DNA of 62,134 nucleotides, filler included, from Squatina squatina (GCA_031763465.1; 3 parts of 3 records of this genome joined end to end with filler, not necessarily neighbours in it); one strand, 5' to 3'; shown: positions 1 through 13,565, numbered from the whole stretch's first letter. Translations and numbers: made by a program. Notes: a model not told the origin generated them from the letters alone.

Positions 1-492
1 AAAGCCTTCTATTGGATGTAGTTTTTTAATCGAATTTCTGCTTCCAATGTAATGTAACCGTGATCAGGCGCCATAACATGCTCTTCCAACTGGGAAAAGG
101 CTTCATGTCAAATGTTTGTTCCTGCAGCATATACAGCTATTCTGTGACCAGGCCCTGCATGCCTATGTTCTCACTTCCTCCTTTTGGGTTTTGTTGTGGT
201 GGGGGGGTTGTAACTTCGTCTGATCATCTCCTTTTAAGATAAAAGTTTGCTTGTCAGCTGAGCAGAGTTGGAATCTGGCTCGTTTCTCAGAATTGAAGGA
301 TGGTGAGGCTGTATGTGCAGGATGGATTGGGGCAGATTGCCCGTGGCTTCAGTGGCTGGAATGCGACAGCTAATCTTTAGAAAGCTGCATGTATCTGTGA
401 AAAGTGCTGCTGTGGAGGCTGTTGCCAGTGTTTAGAGGTGCTGCTGGTGTGTAAATTGATTCTTTTCTCTTGCCTCGTTCCTTTCTGCGCAG

Positions 493-545
493 GTGAAGAA
501 CCGAGTAAAGATGTGGTGCAAGATGTTGATGACGACAATCAGTGA
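493..545 (+). CDS. YWHAE: 14-3-3 epsilon, final coding exon
   Basis: Pyrimidine tract and acceptor ttctgcgcag|GT; reads (G)EEPSKDVVQDVDDDNQ*, matching the 14-3-3 epsilon C-terminus GEEQNKEALQDVEDENQ. Confidence 0.85.
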
Positions 546-1100
546 GAAGACATGGCGAATGAGAAGACCCTGTCTGCCCCTCTCCTGCCCCTCCCCACAG
601 TCCTAGTCCAAGCTGAGAACCAGTAAATTTGATGTTGGTACTGGACCTCAGAATTAGCTATGTGCCCATTTGGGTTCCGAGGATTATTTGTTTTTTTATT
701 TTTATTTTTTACTTGTTTAAAAAAAAAATCTAAAGGCAGTGCTGGCTCTCTATGGATGTTTAACTGGGACCTGCTTTCTTTGACTAGATACCACAATTCT
801 TTGGAAATCCTTTTCAATAAACTGTTCAATTCTACTTAATACAGCTTTGTGAATAATTCACACCACCACCTTTTTATCAATCGAGATCTGAGCAGTGTAT
901 TGGAATTGGTGCTCAGTCATGAATCGCAATGGTTGACAACTGAGCCCAGCTCCTTTTGTGTGCTGCAAAACCCTCGGCCCTTTAAACGTGTTATGCATTT
1001 ACAAACTGTCTTAACCCTCTTGGTGACTGCATGCTCTTGGNNNNNNNNNNCCACCCCAAAAAATGTACATGCATTGACCAGTGTGGCTAAACAAATAAAA
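546..1100 (+). other. Probable YWHAE 3' UTR with candidate polyadenylation signals
   Basis: Follows the stop codon; AATAAA at 816-821 and 1094-1099; contains a 10-N gap. Confidence 0.5.
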
Positions 1101-2342
1101 CTGTGTTCTTTGTGAGCAATTAAATAGCTAGCTCTGAAAGTCTTTAAGCCTGATGTGCACGGTGTTTTCCTTCAGTATGCTAACCCTGAAGATAGCAGAT
1201 GACAGTTACAATCCATGGATAGTCCTTTGCTGTTATTTTTTGTCCATCCTGGCAGAGCAGGTCGTGTGTGAGCTGCTGTTGAAGCCTGCATGCTTTGTTC
1301 AAACAAGTNNNNNNNNNNNNNNNNNNNNNNNNNNNNNNNNNNNNNNNNNNNNNNNNNNNNNNNNNNNNNNNNNNNNNNNNNNNNNNNNNNNNNNNNNNNN
1401 NNNNNNNNCTCGCGCCCTCCCCCACCTCGCGGCACCACACCCATCCCCCAAGATCTTTTATTTTTCCTTAAGGATATTTCTTTGCTTTTGGAAAACGTGG
1501 AATGCAGGCACGCTCCGGAGGGGGGAAACTCGGGAGCTTTTTTATTGCACATACGAGAACCAAATAAAGTATTGATTCATTAATAAATTAAAGACATTAA
1601 TAGATTACCGTCGCACGAACGGAAAACTGTGGAAAGAACTGAGAACAGCACATCATGGCCACTCGCTGGAATAGATCAGATTGGTCACCACCTTTAAACA
1701 AGTCAGGTTTTGNNNNNNNNNNGACACACAGTATATCAGTAACAGGTACAGCACACAGCAAATCCCAACACTCAATATATTCCAGATGGGAGAAAGTTTA
1801 GCGCTTTGTGTTTTATATTCCTCTGTCTGTTCACAATCAATTTCTTCTAGAAACATCTGAAGATTTCTGTTAAAATTCATCTTGTAAATGATGTGGTGGG
1901 GGTGGTTTATCCGCGAGCAGAATCTCTCTCGCTGGCTGGCGTGTTAGAGCCTCAGACGCAGTCTTCTTTAAGAAACTTTTACAAACAAAAACAAAAAACA
2001 AAAACACTCAGTTCACACTCGGCAAATCCCCCAATTTATCGCTCCCTGCCCCCCANNNNNNNNNNNNNNNNNNNNNNNNNNNNNNNNNNNNNNNNNNNNN
2101 NNNNNNNNNNNNNNNNNNNNNNNNNNNNNNNNNNNNNNNNNNNNNNNNNNNNNNNTTTGCACCTCTGCTCAGTACTTCCTCGGAGATTAGGATGGGGCAG
2201 TGGGGGTGGGGGAACACAAGCCCGAATCCACACCCCATCACTCGGTGAGACAGCAGCACTACATGCCATCATTAGGCAGAGGCAACCCTTCTATTCCACA
2301 GTACGAGTTCTCACCACAGCTCGCGTCTCATTGCGGGGACGC

Positions 2343-2600
2343 ATGCTCATAATCTAGGCCGCCACAGCAGTGCAGTCCCGAGAGCGGCTGCTGCATTGTC
2401 AGAAGTGCTGCTCTTGGGGTGAGACGTTAAACCGAGGTCCCCGTCTGCCCGTTCAGGCGGTTGTTAAAAGATCCCACGGCACCATGTGAAGAACAGTGGG
2501 TTATACATCTCACTGCTGCTTGTGGGATCTAGCTGGGCACAAAAAGAACCAGCTGTATTTGCATACATTATAGTCACTGTGCTTCAAAAGTAATTCCATG
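2343..2600 (+). mobile_element. DeuSINE/SacSINE1-like SINE fragment
   Basis: Core gagacgttaaaccgagg...aaagatcccacggcac and tail cttcaaaagtaatt; the same core recurs at 14540-14700. Confidence 0.75.
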
Positions 2601-3200
2601 TACAAAAAACTCAAAGGAGGGGAGAGAAGGCCCCTTCATATTTTAAAAAAGGTCTCCTTCCCACAAGTTATAATCTAGTTTGTTCCCATCTGCCTGCAGA
2701 CTTAATGAAATATTTACATGGTTCTGAAGTAACAGTGTATGAGGGTTTAACTGTACTGCAGGGATCCAGTATCACTTCACTGTCATGGCAATGTCACATT
2801 CCACCAGCGCTGGTCCAAGGCTGATGAATTAAAGAGGAGTGTCGACCTGCGGGCCTAGAATCTTTGTTACAGCTGCCTTACCCAAGGTGTATTATACTTC
2901 AGAGAATCGGCAGCGAGTGGAGGTTAAGCTCCATCACTCGTCTTGTCACTTAAACAAATACCTCTCATTTAAAATGAGAGCAGCGGCTCAGGTTGTTTGC
3001 AACTTGCGGCAGCGTGAGTCATTTGTTTTTGTTTGTAAGTGTTCTTAAAGGGGCCGCGCTCTACGGGAAGGTGAGGCGGGGGGGGGGGGGGGTGGGGTGC
3101 NNNNNNNNNNNNNNNNNNNNNNNNNNNNNNNNNNNNNNNNNNNNNNNNNNNNNNNNNNNNNNNNNNNNNNNNNNNNNNNNNNNNNNNNNNNNNNNNNNNN

Positions 3201-3470
3201 AACCTTAAAATTAGAGCCAGGCCGTTCAGGGGTGATATCAGGAAGCACTTCTTCACACAAAGGGGAGTGGAAATCTGGAACTCTAGATTCTGGGGGTCAA
3301 TTGGAGCTTTCAAGACCGATCGATAGATACATTTTTGTTGGGTGAGGATATCAAGGGATACTGAGCAAAGGCGGGTAAATGGAGTCGAGATACAGATCAG
3401 CCATGATCTGATTGAATACTGGAACAGGCTTGAGGGGCTGAATGCCCTCCTCCTGCTCCTTTGTTCTTCC
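3201..3470 (+). mobile_element. CR1-type LINE 3' end
   Basis: Tail gatcagccatgatc...gaggggctgaatg...ctcctgctcct, which is repeated many times in the window. Confidence 0.75.
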
Positions 3471-3824
3471 GACCCATTTTAGATTTGACACAAACCACGT
3501 AACTGGACCTTTGACACAGGTTCATCGCAGATCATCCACCCCAAGGCCTCCCGACTGTAGAATTCCTCACCTCCGCGCTTCCTCTTACAACCTACAGGCT
3601 ATCAAAACCCAGAACTACTCTGCATCTTCCCTCCTACTCCTGCCAACCTTGGCGCTGTGCTGCATTATGGGCCTTGCCCCTCCATCCCAGTTTCTCATTG
3701 AAGAGAAAGATTTAGTGCAGACATCGCACTGCAAGTCTGCTCTGGCCCCTGCCTCACAGATTGGGCACTGATGCTGCAGTTCCAGGTAGGGGTTCAGCAG
3801 ATTTCTCTCTCCCTGCCGCCCTTA

Positions 3825-4088
<264 letters not shown>

Positions 4089-4523
4089 TTATAATCTAAC
4101 AACATAGGTCAGATAACTTAGCAAAGACTACGGATTGAAATTATAACTAGTTTTACGCAACATACCACAGCATAGAGCACATTCACCTACAAAATAATTG
4201 GGTCACTTTACGTTACACTTTAGCAAGTTTATACTTTAGTCCATACCAGATTGTACCCAGTAACAGTCTCACTTGGATTCTTCCACCCAAGGACATAGGA
4301 AATAAAATGGAAGAAGATTTAATTCTGAAATTCTTTAGTCAAAGATCCCAACTATGATTACCACGTATTATGTCATTGATTGGTGTAATCTCCCCTCTCC
4401 CAAACATATTGGTGAAATATTTANNNNNNNNNNNNNNNNNNNNNNNNNNNNNNNNNNNNNNNNNNNNNNNNNNNNNNNNNNNNNNNNNNNNNNNNNNNNN
4501 NNNNNNNNNNNNNNNNNNNNNNN

Positions 4524-6568
4524 TACAGCGTCTATTAATCTCTATAATATTTACATGGTCTGTTATTCTCTATAATATGTACAGGGTTCGTTGTGCTCTA
4601 TAAGAAGCAAAGGGTCCGTTATTCACTGTAATATACACAGTTCTGTTATTCTATATATTATGTACAGGGTTGGTGATTCTCTATAATATACGCACGGTCT
4701 GTTATTCTCTGCATATTCACAGCGTCTGTTAATCTCTATAATATGTACATGGTCTGTTATTCTCTATAATATGTACAGGGTCTGTTATTCTCCAAAATAT
4801 ATACAAATTCGGTTATTCTCGATAATATACACAGAGGCTGTTATTCTCTATAATACGTACAGGGTCTGTTGTGCTCTATAAGAAACACAGGGTCCGTTAT
4901 TCACTCTAATATACACAGGTTCTGTTATTCTATATATTATGTACAGGGTTGGTGATTCTCTATAATATACGCACGGTCTGTTATTCTCTACAATATTCAC
5001 AGCGTCTGTTAATCTCTCTAATATGTACATGGTCTGTTATTCTCTATAATATACACAGGGTCTGTTATTCTCCATAATATATACAAAGTCCGTTATTCTA
5101 TATAATATACACAGAGGCTGTTATTCGCAATAATACGTACAGGGTTTGTTATTCCCTATAATATACACAGAGTCCGTTATTCACTGTAATATACACAGGG
5201 TCTGTTATTCTCTATGATATGTACAGGGTCTGTTATTCAGTATAATATGCACAGGGTCTGTTATCCTCCATAATATACACAGAGTCTGTTATTCTCTATG
5301 ACATACACAGGGTCTGTTATTCTCAATAATATGTACCGGGTCTGTTATTCTATTTAACATGTACAAGCTCTGTTATTCTATTTAACATGTACAAGCTCTG
5401 TTATTCTCTGTAATAGGCACAGGATCTTTTATTCTCTATGGTATACACAGGGTCTGTTATTCTCTATAATACACATAAAGCCGGTTATTCTCTCTAATAT
5501 CCACCAAGTCAGTTATTCTCTATAATATGTACAGCGTCTGTTCTTCTCTATGACACTTACAGGGTCCGTTATGCTCTGTAATATACACAGGGTCCGTTAT
5601 TCAATCTAATAGACACAGGGTTTGTTATTCTCTATCATACACACAGTGTCTGTTATTCTCTATAATATACACAGGGTCTGTTATTCTCTGTAGTATACAC
5701 AGGGTCTGTTATTCTCTATAATTTACACAGGGTCTGTTATTCTCTATAATATACACAGCGTATGTTATTCTCTATAATTTACACAGGGGCTGTTATTCTC
5801 CATAATATATACAAATTCGGTTATTCTCGATAATATACACAGAGGCTGCTATTCTCTATAATACGTACAGGGTCTGTTGTGCTCTATAAGAAACACAGGG
5901 TCCGTTATTCACTGTAATATACACAGGTTCTGTTATTCTGTATATTATGTACAGGGTCGGTGATTCTCTATAATATACACACGGTCTGTTATTCTCTACA
6001 ATATTCACGGCATCTGTTAATCTCTATAATATGTCCATGGTTTGTTATTCTCTATAATATGTACAGGGTCTGTTATTCTCTATAATATGCACAGGGTCTG
6101 TTATTCTCCATAATATATACAAAGTCCGTTATTCTCTATAATATACACAGAGGCTGTTATTCGCTATAATACGTACAGGGTCTGTTATTCTCTATAATAT
6201 ACACAGAGTCCGTTATTCACTGTAATATACACAGGGTCTGTTATTCTCGATAATATACACAGGGTCTGTTATTCTCTATGATATGTACAGGGTCTGTTAT
6301 TCACTATAATATGTACAGGGTCTGTTATCCTCTATAATATACACAGAGTTGGTTATCCTCTATAATATACACAGAGGCTGTTATTCTCTGTAATGCGTAC
6401 AGGGTCTGTTATTCTCTATAATATAGACAGAGGCTGTTATTCTCTATAATATGTACAGGGTCTGTTATCGTCTATAATATACACAGAGGCTGTTATTCTC
6501 TGTAATGCGTACAGGGTCTGTTATTCTCTATAATGTACACAGAGGCTGTTATTCTCTATAATATGTAC
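4524..6568. repeat. 28-bp minisatellite, about 70 copies, gap-bounded on both sides
   Basis: Unit approximately AGGGTCTGTTATTCTCTATAATATACAC; starts at 5701 and 5729 give a period of 28. Confidence 0.95.
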
Positions 6569-6964
6569 NNNNNNNNNNNNNNNNNNNNNNNNNNNNNNNN
6601 NNNNNNNNNNNNNNNNNNNNNNNNNNNNNNNNNNNNNNNNNNNNNNNNNNNNNNNNNNNNNNNNNNNNCTGTCAGAAATCCTCAGTGAGCCAGTCCATGG
6701 AAGTGGTTTCCCTGGACCTCCGAGATTTAATCTCTCAGCTCAGCTCCCAGGTACAGGGGCTGGTGGGATGGGAGGGGAGTAACTGAACTACATCCCCTGC
6801 ATTAGACACAGAGCGTTACTTGGCGGGAGCAGGGGTGGCCACTAGGGCCACGGTCTGTGACTCGCCAATCTCCGCTCCCCAACTCATTTACCCCGAGTCT
6901 CCACAGTGTTTGGCTTTCAGACAACTTAGTACGCTATTTTCTGCACCGTTTAATAATTACTGGA

Positions 6965-7290
6965 GAGCGGCCCTCTGGCTTGGTGGGAGTGTTTCCATCT
7001 CGGAGTCAGAAAGTCCCAGGTTGAATCCCCGCTCCAGATGTTCCCGGCGAGTGGAGACCGGAGCTTTGGCTCGGAATTCCGGTGTGCCATCCAGCGGGAC
7101 CCTCGTGTTCAGTGGGTGTGGGTGCCCCGCTCACTGTACGGGTTGTGGGAGTCCATAAACCCCTCCTGCCGAATGGGACTAACCCCATCCCTCCTCCACA
7201 TTGGCTGGGCTAAAGATGGTCACGGCCAAGGAAGGAGTGTTGGCTTTCTGGCCTGTCAGACTGTTAATCAACCCGCCAGTCCTCCCACTA
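6965..7290 (+). mobile_element. Putative tRNA-derived SINE
   Basis: A-box-like TGGCTTGGTGG (~6976) and B-box-like GGTTGAATCCC (~7019) at tRNA spacing, followed by a GC-rich body; no clean tRNA cloverleaf. Confidence 0.5.
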
Positions 7291-7451
7291 CTTCACACCG
7301 TTCTCCAGGAACAGAGCGGGAAGAAATGGGAATGATAGACAGTAATAATCACTTAATTTCATTGACTCTGTTATTAAGACTGCCCAGTACAAATGTGTGG
7401 AGCACATACGCGCTCGTCCACTTGTACCTGGAAATTACAGTGGGTCCAAGT

Positions 7452-7591
7452 AACAACAACTTGCATTTCTGTAGCATGTTTAATGTAGTAAAACCTCCCG
7501 AGGCACTTCACAGGAGTGGAATCAAACAAAGTTTGACACCGACCCCCATAAGGAGCTGTTCGGACAGGTGACCAAAAGCCTTGTGAAAGGG
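7452..7591 (-). mobile_element. L2-type LINE/SINE 3' tail fragment
   Basis: aacaacttgcattt...cttcacaggag...atcaaacaaa; a homologous copy lies at 13936-14150. Confidence 0.55.
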
Positions 7592-8527
7592 NNNNNNNNN
7601 NNNNNNNNNNNNNNNNNNNNNNNNNNNNNNNNNNNNNNNNNNNNNNNNNNNNNNNNNNNNNNNNNNNNNNNNNNNNNNNNNNNNNNNNNNNCCGTTGGAG
7701 CCAGAACTACATGAAGGAGAGCATCATAATGACCCATACTCAGAGGACTCCTCAGTGACTTCTGCAAGAGGCATCAGAGCACATCTCATAACTGATGTCT
7801 TCTCTTCTGTGTAATCTTTAATGTCTCCTTCTCCCCCACTTACAAATAAAAGAACATTTCCCTCAATCCAGTACCCATCCTACAGCATGACAATACATCA
7901 GTGCTCTTTGCCCCGACATGAGCATGACAATAATCATCACCTGATTGAATAAGTCAGGACCAAATAAGTGCACCTTTCCTCTATAACTCTAATTTCTATG
8001 AATAAGAAAAGTGCAACGTCAGTGCACACTCTATTTTAATGAAGTTCAAAGTGGCAGTCATTTCTCACGATGCAAACATGTTAGCTTCAAGCTTGCTTTT
8101 TTGCCAGCCCAGCTCTATTTTCCTCTTATCTCAATCTGTGATCCTTCTGTGACCCTTTTCTTGTTCCCTGTGACTGTAATTACATCCATTACCCCTTCAC
8201 TTACCCACTTGGATTCCCCCCGCGCCCTCCCACCCCCGTGCTTTGATGTTGATCCTGGTTGGATACCTGACTTGCAGGGAAACCAATCACCGTGTTTAAT
8301 AATCTCCCAAACTGATCTACTGGGAATACACATAGACATTCATTCTGTTCACCCGAATTTCAATGTGCACTCACTTCCCCAGAGAGACATCCCACTTACC
8401 AAGTCCCAGAGAGATTAGCTGGAGGTTGCCAAGAGCTAAGGCTCAGAGGCCCGTAAGTATGCTTGGATTCCAACCAGCTAAAACCGTGGACTGCTAAGCT
8501 TCCCATTGCTCCTCCATCACATCAATA

Positions 8528-9085
8528 GTTCTTCTTTCGTAGGCAGTCGCTCGGGGTCGAGGATGACTTGCTTCCACTCCAGTATTGTGGGTTCTGAGGT
8601 GACTAATGAGTCTTATACGGGACCCACAACTCTGCCATAGGTGGGGCAGGTGGTGTTTGATGAGGCGAGTGGGTGTCTGATTGTCACACGCTCCTTTTGC
8701 TGTTTGTGCTTAGCCTCCACGTGCTCCCGGTGGAGAAGCTCGAAGTGATCAGCGCCCTCTCGGATGCTTCTCCTCCAGTTCGGGTGGTCTTGGGCCAGGG
8801 ATTCCCAAGGGAGGGTTTGAGGACTTCCTTGAAGCGTTTTCCCTGCCCTCCTGGTGATCGCTTGCCGTGACGGAGGTCGGAGTAGAGCGCTTATTTCGGG
8901 AGTCTCGTGTCAGGCATGCTGACAATGTGGCCATCGCAGCTGATTAAGCATGGTCAGCGCCTCGATGTTGACCTGAGAAAGGACACTGATATTGGTACGC
9001 CTATCCTGCCGGTGGATTTGCAGGATTTTGTGGAGATAACGTTGGTGATACTTCTCCAGTGTTTTGAGGTGTCTGCTGTACATTA
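8528..9085 (-). mobile_element. RTE-clade LINE 3' fragment (degenerate)
   Basis: Minus strand reads GHIVSMPDTRLPK*ALYSDLRHGKRSPGGQGKRFKE...WESLAQDHPNWRRSIREG, typical of the RTE ORF C-terminus. Confidence 0.8.
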
Positions 9086-9642
9086 ATAGTACTTTTGTGG
9101 GAGAATCAGCCTTATAAAGTATCTGGAGCTAACCCGTTAAAATACTAACTGCTAAANNNNNNNNNNGAACTGTGGTTGCACATTCCTGCCCCTATAACCT
9201 GAACCCTGGCATATTGTATGTGAACAGTCCCCGTACCCGAGCAGCGATTACATGGTGAGCAACAGGACTGAGGGCGCATGGTTGCAGTTGTTGAAGAATT
9301 GTACGCTATGTTGTGCGAGGAAATGGCCACTTGCTCACTATTTCACACTGTCCAGTTGAGGGGTTAAGTGACAGCCTAGTGCTCCCCTCCTGCCCACCCC
9401 CAGACTCCCAAGTCAGAAGGGGAGCACTGAGGGTGACACATCCGGGCCAGTCAGCTGTACCTCCTGGTAATTGGCACAGGACTCCGCATTTGCACAGGCA
9501 TGGGGAAGAAGTTCATNNNNNNNNNNNNNNNNNNNNNNNNNNNNNNNNNNNNNNNNNNNNNNNNNNNNNNNNNNNNNNNNNNNNNNNNNNNNNNNNNNNN
9601 NNNNNNNNNNNNNNNNCACACATGACAGGGGTGTGCACTTAC

Positions 9643-9739
9643 TTCAGGTACTTGGCATATTCCGGCTCCTTCCAGTACAGTAGATATTTGAAGTAATTGA
9701 CAAATGTTCGGTCTCTGAAGTACCCTCGCTGCGCCAGGA
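9643..9739 (-). CDS. MED31: Mediator subunit 31, internal exon
   Basis: ccacag| and |gtaagt boundaries; (F)LAQRGYFRDRTFVNYFKYLLYWKEPEYAKYL(K), SOH1/MED31 domain; phase-compatible with exon 10617-10691. Confidence 0.95.
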
Positions 9740-10616
9740 CTGTGGCACCGGAAAAGGAAAAATTAATTTGATTATACACCAGTGCCAATGCTACCCAGGC
9801 AGCGATACAGCTAGATTGAGGACTCTTAACCATGGCCCCGCAGTCCCTAACCCGGGGCGGGGTAGAGGTCCTCGCCTAACCCTAACTTTTAATTTTTTGG
9901 GGGTCTGCGGCCCAAAGTACAGTGCGTGCACGGTTTCTCCAATTTACAAGCTGGCTGGGGGACACTGCAGAGAGCCGGACGGCCAACGTAAAGGGAACAC
10001 TGGGTCCATTAACTTTAACCAGAGCCTGCCATGCGTAACTGGTGGGGGGAGCCCACTGTCATATAGCAAATGGGGCACTGGCTGGTCTTCCTCCGAGGGG
10101 TGGTGGAAATGCTGCTCTCAGGTTCGTCTGCAAGCAGAACTGGGCTCCAGAGCCGGGCTGCTTCTTGTAACCAGAGTCAAGAGTTTGCAGTCGGCAACAC
10201 CGTCAGGCTCATTGCCTCCGACACTACCCCACCTCACCCAAGGTCCATGTCTTGTTATTCCATCAAGGACAGTGTCCGCCCTCCACTATGAGNNNNNNNN
10301 NNATTTATCACGGACACTCTCCCTCAATGTTCCCTCTAAGGTGTGCAGTCATGTGGCGAGGCCCCGTGGAGGCCGCTCACCGGCACTGCCGCTAGAAGAG
10401 AAATCGCTCAGGCCCGGCCACACAGCAAATGAAAAGGGCCCATGCAGGAAAAAAGAACTAGAGGGAACATTGCTCTCCCTGTAAGACAGTGATAGTATTA
10501 CTGATCTGTTCAGAGAGGCAGAAGGGAGATGTGGATAAAATGGAGATCAGCAATGCTGCCATCACTGGGGCAAACAACAACTTGAAGGTTCCCAGGAGGA
10601 TGCAGTGGGTACTTAC

Positions 10617-10691
10617 AGTTCAAGTAGTTTGGGTTCGCCAGACACTGAACGAACTCCAGCTCCATCTGGAATCGCAGCTTTGACTGTTCCT
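10617..10691 (-). CDS. MED31: Mediator subunit 31, internal exon
   Basis: ttcag| and |gtaagt boundaries; (E)EQSKLRFQMELEFVQCLANPNYLN, the hallmark MED31 motif. Confidence 0.95.
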
Positions 10692-10987
10692 CTGAACCCA
10701 GGGAGCGGGCGAGCGAGCGAGGGGGAGGAAAAGAAAACGGAGAAATGAATATTCTCATTATTTAAATTCAAATGCAGAGTGATAGTTGTTACTGTGGGCA
10801 TAACTCTAATTGTGAGTGGATGAAGGGAAGCACAGCTGTTGATTGCAGTGGGGTGCAATCACTGGCACTCAGACTGGCATCAGGCTCACTATCACGTCAG
10901 TTACAGTTGGCAGAGAGAGGGTCGAGCCGTGGAACAGCCAATCCCGTTCATCTCCAAATCGGCTCACTTCTTAAAATTTATAAAGGA

Positions 10988-11122
10988 AGACCTTGGATTT
11001 CTCCAGCACCCATCACAACCTCAGGACGTCCCAAAGTGCTTCACATCCAATGAAATACTTTTGAGGTGTTGTCACTGTTGTAATGTAGGAAACGCAGTAG
11101 CCAATTTGCACACAGCAAGGCA
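10988..11122 (-). mobile_element. DeuSINE-like SINE 3' tail
   Basis: Reverse complement gives ccttgctgtgtgcaaattggct...gcactttgggacgtcctgagg; same family as 2343-2600 and 15600-15700. Confidence 0.65.
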
Positions 11123-11283
11123 ATGTACTATGGAGAAGCGATTCCACCACGCGATGACAATTCACAAAGAGGTCCAACNNNNNNNNNNNNNNNNNNNNNN
11201 NNNNNNNNNNNNNNNNNNNNNNNNNNNNNNNNNNNNNNNNNNNNNNNNNNNNNNNNNNNNNNNNNNNNNNNNNNNNNNCGTAC

Positions 11284-11899
11284 CTGCATTTTTTGCTGTC
11301 TCGATTTGATGCCTGCCTCGATGCACAGGTAGAAAGCTGCCATGCACTGGGCCTCGAGCCTGGAGCTGTCCAACAGCTGCACCAGGTGCTGGAGGTCGTC
11401 GGCCGTGCGCCCCTGCGAGTTGTCCGTGCTGTTCAGCCAATTGTGTGCAAACTCCTCCGGGTAAAGGGAAGCTATGAATGGTTCCACCAGGTCCAGCGTC
11501 CCCGACTTCTCCACCTCCTTCTCGATCTCCTTGTTGTTTGCCAGGACTGTGATGGCCAAGCAGGCATGGAATCGGACCAGCTCGTCCTTGGAGAAGGCCA
11601 AGGGGAAGAGCCAGTCAGCGGCCTTCTTCTCGATCATGAGCCGCTGATTGGCGTTGCCGCTATACATGGTGCAGTTGGCGAGTGCACCGGCGCAGTGCCG
11701 CAGGATGGTGGAATCGTTGCTGCGACACCAGTACAGGATGGAGTCCAGGCCCCCGTTGGTGATGAGCAGGTTGGAGGTCTCCTCCGTGTGTTTGAACATG
11801 TGCTGCAGGATCCCTGAGACAACCCTCGCCAGCTGAACATCATCGCGCTCCTTGGCCAGGTCCAGAATCACTCCCACACCCGTGCGAGCCAGCCGGTCC
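11284..11899 (-). CDS. SARM1: SARM1 NADase, large ARM-domain exon
   Basis: cctcacag| and |gtacg boundaries; open 616 nt encoding [18 protein letters not shown]...HMFKHTEET...LDSILYWCR...[11 protein letters not shown]...[16 protein letters not shown]. Confidence 0.95.
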
Positions 11900-12959
11900 C
11901 TGTGAGGAGATAGGTCACACCAAAAAACATCAGTCAGGGAATGAACCAACTAGTGAGGAACAACACAGCAATCACTAAACAAACAGACGCTGCTCCATCT
12001 CCTTCCACCATCCTGGGAGTCGTAGATACAACAATAATGGAGTTGTTGACTAATCATATCTTTTTCTCCTCATTTTTGCTATTTCTCACTCTCATTTGTT
12101 ACCTTTCCTTCCTTCTTTCCGTATTTCCTTCNNNNNNNNNNNNNNNNNNNNNNNNNNNNNNNNNNNNNNNNNNNNNNNNNNNNNNNNNNNNNNNNNNNNN
12201 NNNNNNNNNNNNNNNNNNNNNNNNNNNNNNNAAGACACAGGTCAGCCACGATCTAATTGAATGGCAGATCAGACTGAATGGCCTCCTGCTGTTCCTCTGT
12301 TCCCAGTTACTATCCACACCTCCTCGCAGACCCCGCTGCTCCTTCAGCTTGGTTCTCCTCCTGCTCTTCCCCCTCCCCTCTCCCCTCCATCCCTCTGCCC
12401 CCCGTGCCTCGGGAGCAGTTTGTGGAAATGCTTTCTTCTTCTCGTTCTCCTTCCCAGAAGCAGGTCCGCCATCCGTTCGTGCAGGGTTTGCGGGAATGCT
12501 GGCAGACTTCACGGCTGCTCTTCATTAGTGAGTTCACAGGCGAGCCGGAGATTCGGTTCCAGTGTGGTTTTGTTGTTGTGTGTTAGCTGCTGGATCATCG
12601 AGTAGCGCCTCCTCCTGCTCCCTCTACCAGTTTATACCATTGGTCTTCAAAGGATGATGGACCCCCTCTCACAAGAGCCATTGTGGTCAGCATGAAAACT
12701 CTTCTCTGGGGTCTGCTTGCGGCTGTGAGGTGCAGCNNNNNNNNNNNNNNNNNNNNNNNNNNNNNNNNNNNNNNNNNNNNNNNNNNNNNNNNNNNNNNNN
12801 NNNNNNNNNNNNNNNNNNNNNNNNNNNNNNNNNNNNCCGGAGGTGGATGATTCCATCCCAGATAGCCTGACCAGAAGCGAGCTGTTTGGTTGCATCCTTC
12901 CTTTTGCACCTTCCTCTTCTGCGTCTTCCTCTCCTCTCTGGGAGCAGATGTCGTAAATG

Positions 12960-13565
12960 AGAAATGACAGCATAAAAAGCTGGAAATACTCAATTGGTCA
13001 GGCAGCATGTCGACCTGAGACGTGAACTCTGTTTCTCTCTCTCCATGGATGTTGCCTGATCTGCTGAGTATTTGCAGCATTTTCTGCCTTCTTGGCGGCC
13101 TTCCTTTACCATCCGATGCATCCAGCAGCACTCCCTACATACTTAAAACACGGTTGGCATGTATTGCAGCAAGCCACTACTTCAATAAAGATCGAAAAAA
13201 AGCAGTCCAAAAGCTTAAATGCAAACTTACCCGAAAGATGTGTGTGTCTCTTTAAGAGATGCTGACAGTGCCTCCGTGAGGCTGTTGAACTCCAGGTTTT
13301 CATGGTGAGCTTTGGACCCAGCACTGAACTCAGTGCGAAGGTCGATGTTCGCCGAGGTGACGTTAAGTCGGCGTTGCACATTGACTGAAGTCACCTCTTT
13401 TCATTTCAATTTGCAGGGCGATGGATGTTACCGGCAGCGCTGCTGGGCCTTGAAAAATGGCGGACGCCACAGGACCCATGAGCTGGCGAAAGAGCGGCAA
13501 CCGCCCACTTAAGCAACTTTTTGCCGGTAATGGGTGGCGTTAAGCCCCCTAATTTTTAGCCATCA
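12960..13565. mobile_element. Possible non-autonomous DNA transposon remnant
   Basis: CpG-rich end resembling other interspersed blocks at ~15237-15400, 23390-24145, 37460-38065 and 43380-43865; terminal inverted repeats not convincingly resolved. Confidence 0.3.

Noticed and set aside
4255-4285. taacagtctc resembling the miR-212/132 5' end; also a loose miR-22-like string near 9290
   Set aside because: The match does not extend through the mature sequence and there is no precursor hairpin.
4524-6568. 28-bp repeats of CRISPR-like length
   Set aside because: Contiguous tandem units with no unique spacers and no cas genes, in a vertebrate context.
7692-7790. Minus-strand acceptor-like site giving EVTEESSEYGSL*
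   Set aside because: Too short to assign; no recognisable homology.
12232-12960. Purine-rich minus-strand ORFs next to SARM1
   Set aside because: No continuous frame and no similarity to SARM1 or any family I recognise.
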